Part shown: piece by piece, positions 1 to 9,875 of the stretch | Layout: each line of letters opens with the position of its first letter | Position numbering within the stretch: position 1 is the first letter of the stretch | Virus record (IMG/VR): IMGVR_UViG_3300032316_000329 | Location: 64,001 to 128,000 of that record | DNA from: a virus | DNA length: 64,000 bases | Strand: one strand, 5' to 3' | Notes under the pieces: generated by a model | What the model was told of the DNA's origin: nothing | Databases searched by the model: none | Seen by the model: the letters and a program-made list of their open reading frames with translations, nothing else | Program-made: the position numbers and the translations under genes

Positions 1-114
1 GATACTGCTGATGGAAGAGCAAAGGCTGCCCAATTACTTGAAGCAGGATTCAAAAATTCACCAGAAAGACAAACTATTGGCGGAGATAATTTTAAAAGTG
101 AATACTACTACTAA
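1..114 (+). CDS. 3' end of an upstream gene (partial), probably virion structural
   Basis: Frame 1 is open from base 1 (DTADGRAKAAQLLEAGFKNSPERQTIGGDNFKSEYYY) to TAA at 112-114. Confidence 0.5.
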   Translation, partial: DTADGRAKAAQLLEAGFKNSPERQTIGGDNFKSEYYY

Positions 115-135
115 TAAATTAGAGGAACAATTTTA

Positions 136-3129
136 ATGATAGGAATAAAACGACCAAGCACGGATTTAGATTCAATTACAGCGACTAGCATTGCTGTGGA
201 TCCAAATAAAACAGTTGTTACACACCCCACACAGGAAGTAACAGAGCAAGAAGCAGTCAGCACATTTTCAACTTCTTCCGAGACTTCTGCTGTTGTAAAT
301 CATTATATTCACCAGACCACATCTGTTCCTCAAACTACCTCGGTTAGTTATGTTGGTGATGTTAATACATATGCATTTGTTAGAAAGCAAAAAATTGATT
401 TTGTTTCCTATAATATGCGTCCGAATAGAAGAGTATATCCATTTTTTGATAGTAAGGATGTTACAAGACTAATTCAAGCACCAAATATTATTGAATTGGA
501 TAACAGTTCCGCATTTTATGGTATTGCTCCTTTTGCTATTAAAAACCATAATGAGATTACTGCTAATTCAACTGTTCCTGCAATCGTTTCACAAATTGAT
601 ACCTCTAGAGATATAGTTTATTTTGATGCTTCTGGTGATACATTTGCTTATGTTTATCACAATGAAAAAACAGCAACAGGTAATACAAGACTATATGTTT
701 CCGAAATTATTAGAAATAACACAAATGTTGCGATTACAGCAGGAACTCGCGTTTATAAATGGGCGACCGGTGGTCCTGGTTCTAATCCTAGTGGTCCTGG
801 AATAGGATTATATTACTTTTATCAACTGGCAGCAAATGTCGTAACATACCAGCATCAAAGTGGTATTATGGCTTTTGATACCACTGTTCCTAATTATACA
901 TCAACTTCAAATGTGTATTATACAGCAACGGCCAATACATATACAACCGCTAATACTATGTTTAATATGAAGGTTGTAACACTTGCTTATGATGCATCCG
1001 ATGAAGATGAATACTACACTGGTAATACCATTACACTCATTAATGCATATGTCCCAGGAGAAATCTGTGAAATTGTTTCATATAATGGTGATTCAAAAAT
1101 TGCTGTTGTAGAACCAGGATTCCTTGGTGGTATAGGTGTTGATGAAGAATTAATTTATACCATTGGTGATTCTCGTTCGGCAGAAGAAGAAGTTGCCAAA
1201 GATAGATATGCAAATAATGCATTATACACCACATCAAAAGGTTTCTTTTCAGGATCCCTTTATATACCATCACCGTGGAAACCAGGCGGATTCAATTTTA
1301 GAGTTGGTGAGAAACTATTTAAGATTACAGATTCACCAAATAACAATTCTTCTGATGCAACCACAATTTCTGAATATATCTATAACACCTTTGGTATTAG
1401 TATTTCAAAGGGTCAGTTAAACATTAATTATTTTAGCAATGAAACTGTAACAACAGGTGGTGATTTACCTTCATATGGTTCGCTTTCAAGACTATCGCCT
1501 ATTCAGAATCCAACCACCTCTGGTGATATTATTGAGGTTGATGATACAACAGAATTTTTAGGTCAGTCACCTATTCGTTCTGTTAAGACAAATCCTATGG
1601 CTCAGTCTTTCTATGTTTCAGAGATTGATTATCCAAGAGGATTTTATATTCCTTATATTGACCTATTCTTTGCTAATAAAGGTACACTTGGTATTGAATT
1701 ACAGATTAGACCTATTGTTAATGGATATCCAGATGCCAAGAATATTCTTCCAAACGCCGTAGCATTTATGCAGGCCGAAGATGTTAATGAAACTCCTTTG
1801 CCAAATGTAAATGATCCGGAATCATATACAAGATTTACTTTTAAGTCTCCTGTATATGTTATGCCTGGTCAAGAGTATTGCTTCGTCCTTTCTACAAACG
1901 ATTTTGAATATGATGTTTATGTATCAGAATTAGGCGAAAGAACAATTGGAACAAATAGACTTGTTTCCGAACAACCATATCTTGGTTCTCTATTCAAGTC
2001 ACAAAATTCATCCACTTATGATGCTATTCAATCTGAAGATTTGATGTTTGTTATTCATAAGTGCCAGTTTGTTAATTCTGGATTTATAGAGTTTCACGAA
2101 GAAAAATCTAATTCTCCTGCTAAAGAATTGTTTAACTATTACTATAATGGTAATACTACTATGGATACCTTTGAGGTACAGTCTAATATTATCAAACTAC
2201 CAGGAACAGATGTTGGATTTAGTTATAAAGCAACATCAATTGCTGATAATACACTAGATGCTGAGTTTTCAACAATCAAACCAGACTCTAGAGTTATTCT
2301 TATGAATAGAAAGAAGATTATATCATCTACTTTCCCAACCGAATCATTTAAAACGAGAATTGATCTATCAACGACGAATAGAGATATCTCACCGATTATC
2401 TTTAAGAGCCAAATTCAACTATACACCGGTGCTGTTCTAATTAATGATCTAGAACTTAGAGCTCCACTTGTTTCTGTTGCTAATAGTGGATCCGGATATA
2501 CTTATAGCAATACATCAATTGCTATTACATCCAATGGTAGTGGTTCTGGTGCAAATGCCACAATCATTGTTCCATTTGAAGATTACTCAACTGGTAGAAT
2601 AGACAGTCTGTTATTTGATTATAGCGGACAGAGTTACTATGATGATATTAAAGTGACTGTTACTGGTACCGGATCAGGAGCAAATGTTTCCATTAAATCC
2701 GAAACAGATCCATCAGGTGGCCCTGGTCTTGCCAAGTATATCTCTAAAACTGTTACACTAGCACCAGAATTTGATGCAGGTGATCTTAGAGTATTCGTAA
2801 CTGCTGCTAAACCACAGGGTTCGGAAATTCTTGTTTATTATAAGGTTAATAACCCTTATGATGAAGATGATATTGCTAACAAAAATTGGGTAAGAATGGA
2901 AAGAGTAACAGGTAAAATTGAATATTCTTCTGTGTTAGAACCAATTGAATATGAGTATCGTCCTTCGTTATCATCAAACAATATTGTTTATTCAACATCT
3001 ACAGCAACTTTTGATTCATTCAATCAGTTTAAGATTAAGATCGTCTTAGCATCTGTTTCAACATCACTGGCTGAAATTCCATATGTTTATGATATGAGAG
3101 CAGTTGCCTTACCTGCGGATAGTTACTAA
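136..3129 (+). CDS. Large virion structural/baseplate-associated protein (DUF4815-type, as in T4-like cyanophages)
   Basis: 997 aa; PMAQSF..IDLFF..LQIRPIVNGYP..ILP and YLGSLFKSQN.STY..Q.EDLMF motifs; C-terminal YISK.VTL..DLRV..F.QFKIKIVL; SD GAGG. Confidence 0.75.
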   Translation: MIGIKRPSTDLDSITATSIAVDPNKTVVTHPTQEVTEQEAVSTFSTSSETSAVVNHYIHQTTSVPQTTSVSYVGDVNTYAFVRKQKIDFVSYNMRPNRRVYPFFDSKDVTRLIQAPNIIELDNSSAFYGIAPFAIKNHNEITANSTVPAIVSQIDTSRDIVYFDASGDTFAYVYHNEKTATGNTRLYVSEIIRNNTNVAITAGTRVYKWATGGPGSNPSGPGIGLYYFYQLAANVVTYQHQSGIMAFDTTVPNYTSTSNVYYTATANTYTTANTMFNMKVVTLAYDASDEDEYYTGNTITLINAYVPGEICEIVSYNGDSKIAVVEPGFLGGIGVDEELIYTIGDSRSAEEEVAKDRYANNALYTTSKGFFSGSLYIPSPWKPGGFNFRVGEKLFKITDSPNNNSSDATTISEYIYNTFGISISKGQLNINYFSNETVTTGGDLPSYGSLSRLSPIQNPTTSGDIIEVDDTTEFLGQSPIRSVKTNPMAQSFYVSEIDYPRGFYIPYIDLFFANKGTLGIELQIRPIVNGYPDAKNILPNAVAFMQAEDVNETPLPNVNDPESYTRFTFKSPVYVMPGQEYCFVLSTNDFEYDVYVSELGERTIGTNRLVSEQPYLGSLFKSQNSSTYDAIQSEDLMFVIHKCQFVNSGFIEFHEEKSNSPAKELFNYYYNGNTTMDTFEVQSNIIKLPGTDVGFSYKATSIADNTLDAEFSTIKPDSRVILMNRKKIISSTFPTESFKTRIDLSTTNRDISPIIFKSQIQLYTGAVLINDLELRAPLVSVANSGSGYTYSNTSIAITSNGSGSGANATIIVPFEDYSTGRIDSLLFDYSGQSYYDDIKVTVTGTGSGANVSIKSETDPSGGPGLAKYISKTVTLAPEFDAGDLRVFVTAAKPQGSEILVYYKVNNPYDEDDIANKNWVRMERVTGKIEYSSVLEPIEYEYRPSLSSNNIVYSTSTATFDSFNQFKIKIVLASVSTSLAEIPYVYDMRAVALPADSY

Positions 3130-3371
3130 TGTTTATTAAAGTTAAAGATCATCCAGGATTGGTTAAGGATTCATATAGCGGCGCCATTTTAAATGTGGAT
3201 AAAAGGGCCGCCGAAGAATATCATAGACAAAAAAATATGCTAAATACCAATAATAAAAATAAAGAAGAAATTGCCGAGATTAAAGAAAAACTCGGTGAGA
3301 TTGATTCTCTCAAAAATGATATGAATGAGATTAAATCTCTTCTCAACAAACTTGTAGATAAAGGACAATAG
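3129..3371 (+). CDS. Small coiled-coil protein that typically follows the large structural gene in T4-like phages
   Basis: MFIKVKDHPGLVKDSYSGAILN N-terminus plus heptad-rich C-terminus; start overlaps upstream stop. Confidence 0.7.
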   Translation: MFIKVKDHPGLVKDSYSGAILNVDKRAAEEYHRQKNMLNTNNKNKEEIAEIKEKLGEIDSLKNDMNEIKSLLNKLVDKGQ

Positions 3372-3376
3372 ATAAA

Positions 3377-4174
3377 ATGCCAATCACAACCGTTTCTCTA
3401 ACAAATACGTTTGACGAGTGGAGAATCAAAACTAACCAGACTATCGTTGCTTTAGATGACGACTCTACTGGTATTTTGAGAGGTAATACCACTCTTACCG
3501 GATCAATTATTCTTACCAACCCCAATAAGTATGGTAGTAATGTAACTCTTAACGTTTCTAGCGGTATGATTAAGGGCGACGGTGGATTACTGACAAATCT
3601 CACTTTCCAAGGTGTTAATACTATTCAGAATGTTGTTACAGTAATTTACAACACCTCAAATACAGTTTATAATTTAACAAATACCGCCTATAATACAGCA
3701 AACGCCGCATTTGATGTTGCCAATGCTGCTGCCACATCTACAAATGCGGCCTCTGGATTTTCGGTTGCTAATGCGGCATTTAATAAAGCCAATGCTGCTC
3801 TTGCTAACACTACAACCACTTATGTCGGTGATCTAACTGTTGTAGGTAAGGTAATTCATACCGGCCGTTATAGTCAGACAGTAACAGCAGTATCAGCGTC
3901 AGCAATTGACTGTTCGCAGGGTAATTACTTTACTAAAACTGCTTCTAGCGGACTAACCTGGACATTTACAAATGTTCCAGCAAGTGGTGCTTATGTTGCC
4001 GTTTTAGAACTAACAAATGGTGGCACCGGAACACAGACATGGCCAGCAGCAGTTAAGTGGCCAAGTGGTGTAGCACCTGTTCTAACAACTTCTGGTGTTG
4101 ATTTGCTAGTGTTCATCACCGATGATGGTGGGACAAACTGGCGTGGGTTACAGTCAATGAGGGATAGTAAGTAA
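3377..4174 (+). CDS. Tail fibre-like protein (N-terminal attachment motif, Asn/Ala shaft, C-terminal beta domain)
   Basis: TNTFDEWRIKTN start; ANAAF repeats; C-terminal IDCSQGNYF..TWP..VKWP.G.AP.LT..GVD...DGGTNW domain common in phage fibres. Confidence 0.7.
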   Translation: MPITTVSLTNTFDEWRIKTNQTIVALDDDSTGILRGNTTLTGSIILTNPNKYGSNVTLNVSSGMIKGDGGLLTNLTFQGVNTIQNVVTVIYNTSNTVYNLTNTAYNTANAAFDVANAAATSTNAASGFSVANAAFNKANAALANTTTTYVGDLTVVGKVIHTGRYSQTVTAVSASAIDCSQGNYFTKTASSGLTWTFTNVPASGAYVAVLELTNGGTGTQTWPAAVKWPSGVAPVLTTSGVDLLVFITDDGGTNWRGLQSMRDSK

Positions 4175-6276
4175 TGATTAATAATTGGTTATTAACAGGT
4201 GCTGATGTTGTTCCTGATCAATTTACTCTTACAGATATAACGAATGCATCGCTTAATACAACTTATATCACTACATTAACACCTGTAGGATATGATGGTT
4301 TTGCAGCATGGAGTATTGATTCAGGTCTTGCCAATACTACGGGTAATACAACATTAGGAACATCTGGACTGATAGGATCTGGACAATCACTTTTTATTCG
4401 TAAAACATCTAGTTCTAATTATAATACAACCGTTGATACTGTTTTATCTATTAATGGTATTTCTGATACCTGGTCAATAACCACAAGAGCAGCGGATACG
4501 GTACCGAATCCATTTACTTTTACAAATGTAACATCTGCCGAAAGATCAAATACTTATTCTTCTTCTGTTATTTTAACAGATTATGATTTTGCTTCTTGGA
4601 ATGTTACCGCAGTTGGTGGAGAAGCACAAGGCAGTAATACTGGAACAACTTGGTCTACATCTGGTACAATCTTCTCTGGAGAAACTTTTTATATAAGAGC
4701 AAATTCAGGATCTGCTTTCGGTAATACAGTTATTGCTACTGCTAATGTTGGTGGAATTTCAAACACTTTTACTGTTACCTGTAGAGACGCAGATATATCT
4801 CCTGTTTCTAATAGTGATATCTTTATTGGTGCTGCTATTTTTACAGAATATACCAGTAATACATTAACTATCACAGGATTAGAAGCAAATTTTCCCGTTA
4901 ATGTTAGTGTTAGCGGATCAACAACAGCGTCGAGTCCGTCTTTTTCTGTTGGAACAAGTTCGATTAGCGGAACTTATTTATCTTCTAATACCACAGTAAC
5001 AACAAGCGGAAGCGGAACATTTGTTATTTCCGTGAAGGGAACAACAGGTTCTTCTTTAAATACAAATTATTATACTTATTTAAATGTAGGATCAACCAAT
5101 AATGCTGTAACTTTTAATATACTAACAAGACAAGCAGATGAAACTCCTAGTCAGTTTAACTTTACTGACATTAATGATGCTGTTTTATCCACACAATATA
5201 CAACTTCTACGGTTGTGGTGTCTGGACTAGAACCTAATTATCCAATAACAATTTCAGCATCCGGTGGAACAATTGATGCCGGGACATCATCATTAAGTGG
5301 CACCTTTGCATCGTCTAAGACGGTTAATACTTCTGCTTCCGGAACATTAGTAATGGCAGCAAGAGTGACATCTAGTTCATTTTATCTAACAACAGTAAAT
5401 TGTACCGTTACAATAGGCGGTGTTTCTGATATATATTCTGTTACAACTGGCGCTGTTGGAGAAGATGTTTATACTGCTCCGGGCACTTATTCTTGGACTG
5501 CGCCAGCTAACGTCACTTCCGTATGTGTGGTATGTGTGGGAGGCGGAGGCGGCGGTGGCCGCAACCACCCCAGCGGCGGCATGTATCGTGGCGGCGGAGG
5601 CGGCGGGTTAGGTTATGTTAACAATGTTTCTGTAACTCCAGGATTGAGTTATACTGTAGTAGTTGGAAGTGGTGGTACTGGTTTGAGTTCCGGGGTTAAT
5701 GGATCATCTGGTGGAGAGTCCAGATTTGCTACAACATGTTATGGATACGGCGGCGGAGGCGGCACCGGTTGTGTAGGAACGGGATGCACCGCATCTGCTT
5801 CTTCGGGTGGTAGTTATAGTGGCAGCGGCGGAGGTACCGGAGGTAACTCTCCGCAGCCTGCGGGTTCAACGACGACCTGGCCCAGGACCGGTGGAGGCGG
5901 CGCCGGCGGTTATAGTGGTAACGGCGGTGGCGGCGGAGATTCTGGTTCGGAACGACCTGGAACAGCAGGCAGCGGCGGCGCAGGTGGTGGTGCCGGGGGC
6001 GGTGGAAATGTTACCGGCGGCGGCGGCGGCGTAGGATTATACGGACAAGGAGCAAATGGTGCCGGAGGGATTGACAACGCAGGCGGAGGCGGAGGATCAG
6101 GAGGCAGCAGCGGAGGTACCGGAGGTAACCTTGGATCTACGCCTGGTGGATCATATGGAGGCGGCGGCGGCGCAACAACTAATGGCGACGGTTTACAAGT
6201 TGGATCAAGTGGCGCCGGCGGCGCCGTTCGTATTATTTGGGGTCCAGGTCGTTCATTCCCCAATAATGCAACTTAA
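4174..6276 (+). CDS. Gly-rich adhesin/fibre tip with four N-terminal ~100-aa Ser/Thr-rich beta repeats
   Basis: Repeats beginning D.VP..FT.T (DVVPDQF, DTVPNPF, DISPV, DETPSQF); C-terminal PGTYSWTAP..V.VVCVGGGG..GGAGGAVRIIWG Gly-rich domain. Confidence 0.75.
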   Translation: MINNWLLTGADVVPDQFTLTDITNASLNTTYITTLTPVGYDGFAAWSIDSGLANTTGNTTLGTSGLIGSGQSLFIRKTSSSNYNTTVDTVLSINGISDTWSITTRAADTVPNPFTFTNVTSAERSNTYSSSVILTDYDFASWNVTAVGGEAQGSNTGTTWSTSGTIFSGETFYIRANSGSAFGNTVIATANVGGISNTFTVTCRDADISPVSNSDIFIGAAIFTEYTSNTLTITGLEANFPVNVSVSGSTTASSPSFSVGTSSISGTYLSSNTTVTTSGSGTFVISVKGTTGSSLNTNYYTYLNVGSTNNAVTFNILTRQADETPSQFNFTDINDAVLSTQYTTSTVVVSGLEPNYPITISASGGTIDAGTSSLSGTFASSKTVNTSASGTLVMAARVTSSSFYLTTVNCTVTIGGVSDIYSVTTGAVGEDVYTAPGTYSWTAPANVTSVCVVCVGGGGGGGRNHPSGGMYRGGGGGGLGYVNNVSVTPGLSYTVVVGSGGTGLSSGVNGSSGGESRFATTCYGYGGGGGTGCVGTGCTASASSGGSYSGSGGGTGGNSPQPAGSTTTWPRTGGGGAGGYSGNGGGGGDSGSERPGTAGSGGAGGGAGGGGNVTGGGGGVGLYGQGANGAGGIDNAGGGGGSGGSSGGTGGNLGSTPGGSYGGGGGATTNGDGLQVGSSGAGGAVRIIWGPGRSFPNNAT

Positions 6277-6285
6277 GGTAATAAA

Positions 6286-6474
6286 ATGAAGTATGATCTA
6301 GAATTTATTAATCCACTTGGTAATCCTGGTACTCATTATGCTTTTGAGGCAGAAACCATTGAAGAAGCTGAGACACTATCTCCGCATTGGTTATCTGCTT
6401 CAAGTCAATGGAGACCAGAACAATTTAAAATAGTTTCTGTTAAAAAATCAATTTATGAAGAAAATAAGGAATAA
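6286..6474 (+). CDS. Hypothetical protein
   Basis: 62 aa ORF with SD AAGG, tightly packed in the operon. Confidence 0.55.
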   Translation: MKYDLEFINPLGNPGTHYAFEAETIEEAETLSPHWLSASSQWRPEQFKIVSVKKSIYEENKE

Positions 6475-6476
6475 AA

Positions 6477-6926
6477 ATGGCTTATGTCAATACTAAAACA
6501 AAAAAGGCACTAACACCTTTTGAAGTTAGAGCAGAAAATCCGAACATTAGTTTTCCTAATGGACCGTGGGACGATAAACTTTTATCTTCATTAGGATATG
6601 CAGAATTGCGTTTTCCTGATGAACACCCTCATCCAGGTCTTTATCAGAAGTTGGTTGAAGGTGAACCAAAACTAATTGGCAATGAATGGTTTAGAACACT
6701 TGCCGTTATTGATCTAACAGACGATGAAAAAAAATTATTATTAATTAATAAATGGTTAGAAGTTCGCCAGAATAGAAATGATCTACTTTCTGCTTGTGAT
6801 TGGACTCAACTCGCAGATGCGCCAATTACTAATAAAGAAGCATGGGTAGAGTATCGCCAGTTACTAAGAGACGTTACCAAAGTTGATGATCCACATAATG
6901 TAGTTTGGCCACAACCACCAGTATAA
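6477..6926 (+). CDS. Phage tail (fibre) assembly chaperone
   Basis: R..RN.LL..CDWTQL.D...W..YRQ.LRD....P..V.WP.PP signature. Confidence 0.85.
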   Translation: MAYVNTKTKKALTPFEVRAENPNISFPNGPWDDKLLSSLGYAELRFPDEHPHPGLYQKLVEGEPKLIGNEWFRTLAVIDLTDDEKKLLLINKWLEVRQNRNDLLSACDWTQLADAPITNKEAWVEYRQLLRDVTKVDDPHNVVWPQPPV

Positions 6927-6938
6927 GAAAGATAACAA

Positions 6939-7874
6939 ATGGCAAGTTTAGATTTTCCCAGCAGCCCGACAAACGGTCAGCAATATACACTTAATGGTAT
7001 AACATATTATTACGATTCTACTGTCGGTGCGTGGCTAACATCTGTAGTGGCTACAACATTTGATATACCAACACTATTTTCTGTATCTAATGCCTCTTAT
7101 GGTACCGCCAATGCCGCTTTTGAATTTGCTAATGGTGTATCAACCAATACCACGGCAGCATTTGCCTTTGCTAACGGTGTTGCTGTAAACGCGGCCGCTG
7201 CCTTTGCCGCCGGTAATGCCGAGTTCGCTTTTAGTAATACGATCTATGCGGCCGTTAATAGTGCCTTTGGTGTCATTAATGCTGCCTACACAAGTTCTAA
7301 TGCTGACTATGTGCTTACTAATGCTGCTTTTACAGTTACTAATGCGGCATTCGGTGTAGCAAATAATGCCTATACCGCAACTAATGGTGCTGCGGCATTT
7401 GCCTTTGCTAACGGTGTTGCGACTAATACAACTGCGGCATTTGCTAAGGCCAATGCAGCATTAGCAAATACTACCACAACACTAAACGGAACATTAACAA
7501 CTACCGGTGGTATTACAGTTGAATCTGATCTATCTATTAAAAAGGTTTCAGAAACTACTGTAGCATTAGGTAATAGTGGAACCGCTATAACAATCAACAT
7601 TGGAACAGGAACAGTATTCACCTGCACCTTAACAGGAAGTTGTACCTTTACTCTTTCAAATGTTACATCATCAAAAGCAGCATCTTTTAGTCTAATATTA
7701 ACTAACGACGCAACAGCAGGAAGATCAGTTGCTTGGTCTGGTGGAACTTTTCGTTATCCCGGAGGTTCTGTTTCCAGAACAACAGGCGCAAATGCGATTG
7801 ATATCTGGACTGGATTTACTCCAGACGGTGGAACAACTTGGTATCTAAATATACCTATGAAAAACATTTCTTAA
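6939..7874 (+). CDS. Tail fibre-like protein
   Basis: N-terminal FPSSPTNGQ..Y.YDST.GAW motif; AFAFANGV repeats; C-terminal TPDGGTTWY domain paralogous to 3377-4174. Confidence 0.7.
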   Translation: MASLDFPSSPTNGQQYTLNGITYYYDSTVGAWLTSVVATTFDIPTLFSVSNASYGTANAAFEFANGVSTNTTAAFAFANGVAVNAAAAFAAGNAEFAFSNTIYAAVNSAFGVINAAYTSSNADYVLTNAAFTVTNAAFGVANNAYTATNGAAAFAFANGVATNTTAAFAKANAALANTTTTLNGTLTTTGGITVESDLSIKKVSETTVALGNSGTAITINIGTGTVFTCTLTGSCTFTLSNVTSSKAASFSLILTNDATAGRSVAWSGGTFRYPGGSVSRTTGANAIDIWTGFTPDGGTTWYLNIPMKNIS

Positions 7875-7891
7875 TTTAAGGAGAAAATTTA

Positions 7892-8092
7892 ATGGCACTT
7901 ACAACAGATCAATTAGACCAATTGGAATACAGAAAAGCTGAACAAGTAATATCATTAAAATCCGAAATGGTTCGAGTAGCAAAAGATATTCTGATAGAAA
8001 ATAGTCGTAATAGTCCTGTTTCTGAAAGAGAGATAACCTCAAATAATGTTATTCAATTTGCAAGCGATCTGATTAACTTTATAATAGAATAA
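7892..8092 (+). CDS. Hypothetical protein
   Basis: 66 aa ORF with strong SD AAGGAG. Confidence 0.6.
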   Translation: MALTTDQLDQLEYRKAEQVISLKSEMVRVAKDILIENSRNSPVSEREITSNNVIQFASDLINFIIE

Positions 8093-8107
8093 AAGGATTT
8101 TTTTATA

Positions 8108-8689
8108 ATGGAATATATGTTGACACCATATAGTGATAAAATTGAATCTTTTGTTTACTGGGAAAATGCTTTTAACAAAGAGGAGTTAAACTATCTTCAA
8201 AATATTGCTGTGAAATCTCAACAAAATTCTTATGTCTCTGGAGGTGAAAACGGTATAATTAATGAAGATATTAGAAGATCAAAAGTTACTTGGTTACATA
8301 ACAATAAAGACTCTGAATGGTTATATCAAAGAATTGCTAATATTGTGTCTGAGTTGAACTCAAGGTTTTTTAGATTCAATCTGACTGGATTTGGTGAACC
8401 TTTTCAATTAACAAACTATGATAGTAGTTATCAAGGTACATATAATTGGCATCAAGATTTTGGTAGTAAAATAAGTAGGAAATTGTCTTGTGTTATGCAG
8501 TTAACAGATCCAAGTGAATATGAAGGAGGTAATCTAGAAATAATGACCTCTTCTACTTCTACAAAAATTAATAAATGTAGAGGTCTGATAACAATTTTTC
8601 CCTCTTGGACTTTACATAGAGTTTCTCCAGTTACGCAAGGTAGTAGACAATCTTTAGTTTCTTGGATATCGGGCCCGGAGTTTAAATAA
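8108..8689 (+). CDS. 2OG-Fe(II) oxygenase (PKHD/prolyl-hydroxylase-like)
   Basis: YNWHQD..RKLS..QL.DPSEYEGG.L..FPS...HRV.PVT.G.R.SLV.W: HxD..H..R facial triad. Confidence 0.9.
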   Translation: MEYMLTPYSDKIESFVYWENAFNKEELNYLQNIAVKSQQNSYVSGGENGIINEDIRRSKVTWLHNNKDSEWLYQRIANIVSELNSRFFRFNLTGFGEPFQLTNYDSSYQGTYNWHQDFGSKISRKLSCVMQLTDPSEYEGGNLEIMTSSTSTKINKCRGLITIFPSWTLHRVSPVTQGSRQSLVSWISGPEFK

Positions 8690-9282
8690 TGAGAACTGAA
8701 TTTAAAGAATTTTTTGGTATTTTTGATGATGTTTATCCTGAAAACTTTTGCGAACATTTGATAAATGAGTTTGAAAGAGTTCGGCAAGTTGGAGCAGGAA
8801 GCAACAGAATTAATTCAGAGGGCACTCTTCGCCATTATAAAGATGATTATCAGATATTTGATTTCAAATCGAGAGATTTGATAGATTTTGAACAGCAGAG
8901 ACCTGTGGATGTCTTTTTCAACGGACTTCAAAGTTGTTTTGAACGATATACCGAAAATTTTTCTACACTAAAGGACGTCAACATATATTGTGACACACTA
9001 AAAGCGCAAAAAACCGATCCCGGACAAGGGTATCATATTTGGCACGCCGAAAAGTCCTATAAAGAAATACAGAGAGTATTAGTTTATTGTTTATATTTGA
9101 ATAATCTTGAATCAGATGCCGGAGGCGAGACCGAGTTTTTATATCAAAGAATAAGATTCAAACCTATAAAAAACAGAATGTTAATTTGGCCAGCAGATTT
9201 TACTCATGTTCATAGAGGAAATGTTGTTCTAGGAAATGATTCAAAATATGTTATAACAGGATGGTTCCATTATGATAAATGA
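8689..9282 (+). CDS. 2OG-Fe(II) oxygenase (prolyl 4-hydroxylase-like)
   Basis: GYHIWHAE..R.L...LYLN...GGETEFLYQ..WPA.FTH.HRG....KY.ITGW. Confidence 0.9.
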   Translation: MRTEFKEFFGIFDDVYPENFCEHLINEFERVRQVGAGSNRINSEGTLRHYKDDYQIFDFKSRDLIDFEQQRPVDVFFNGLQSCFERYTENFSTLKDVNIYCDTLKAQKTDPGQGYHIWHAEKSYKEIQRVLVYCLYLNNLESDAGGETEFLYQRIRFKPIKNRMLIWPADFTHVHRGNVVLGNDSKYVITGWFHYDK

Positions 9283-9874
9283 ATATTTTAATTTTTTTAA
9301 ACAAAAAGGATATGTATTCATTCCGAATTTAATTGATGATCATTCTATAAAGATGGTATCTAAATATTTTGAGAACTGTTTAAAACAAAATCTATGGAAA
9401 TTAAAAAGCAACGATAATGATAAGGATTTGATAAGTTCATACAGTAGATATGCTGATCCTTTAGTAGAGATTATTTTGGAAAATTGTGTAGAAGATGTAA
9501 AGACTGTAACAGGTAAATCAGTAGTTCCAACATACTCATATTCAAGAATATATCTTAAAGGGGATGAATTAAAGAGACACACTGATAGACCTTCTTGCGA
9601 ATATTCAGTAACAGTTAATGTTGCTTCGGTAGGAGAAAAGTTGTCCCCTGTTTGGGTTAAGGCATTTAATGGTGAATCTAGAAAATATAATTTACAACCA
9701 GGTGATGCAATAATATATAAAGGTTGTGAGATAGAGCATTGGAGAGATCCTCTTACGGACACCGATATAAATGTTCAATTCATGTTACATTATGTTGATT
9801 TAAATGGACCTTATGCTGAATACAAGTGGGATAAAAGAGAATCCTTAGCTTTACCTAGTTCAGAAAGGAAATAA
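9272..9874 (+). CDS. 2OG-Fe(II) oxygenase
   Basis: PTYSYSRIY..GD.L.RH.DRPSCE.S.T..GDA.IY.GC...HWR...Q..LHYV. Confidence 0.85.
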   Translation: MINEYFNFFKQKGYVFIPNLIDDHSIKMVSKYFENCLKQNLWKLKSNDNDKDLISSYSRYADPLVEIILENCVEDVKTVTGKSVVPTYSYSRIYLKGDELKRHTDRPSCEYSVTVNVASVGEKLSPVWVKAFNGESRKYNLQPGDAIIYKGCEIEHWRDPLTDTDINVQFMLHYVDLNGPYAEYKWDKRESLALPSSERK

Positions 9875-9875
9875 T

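Noticed and set aside
5910-6263. Pro-rich minus-strand ORFs (also 10346-10561 and 19218-19433)
   Set aside because: Antisense shadows of GGN codon runs in the Gly-rich genes.
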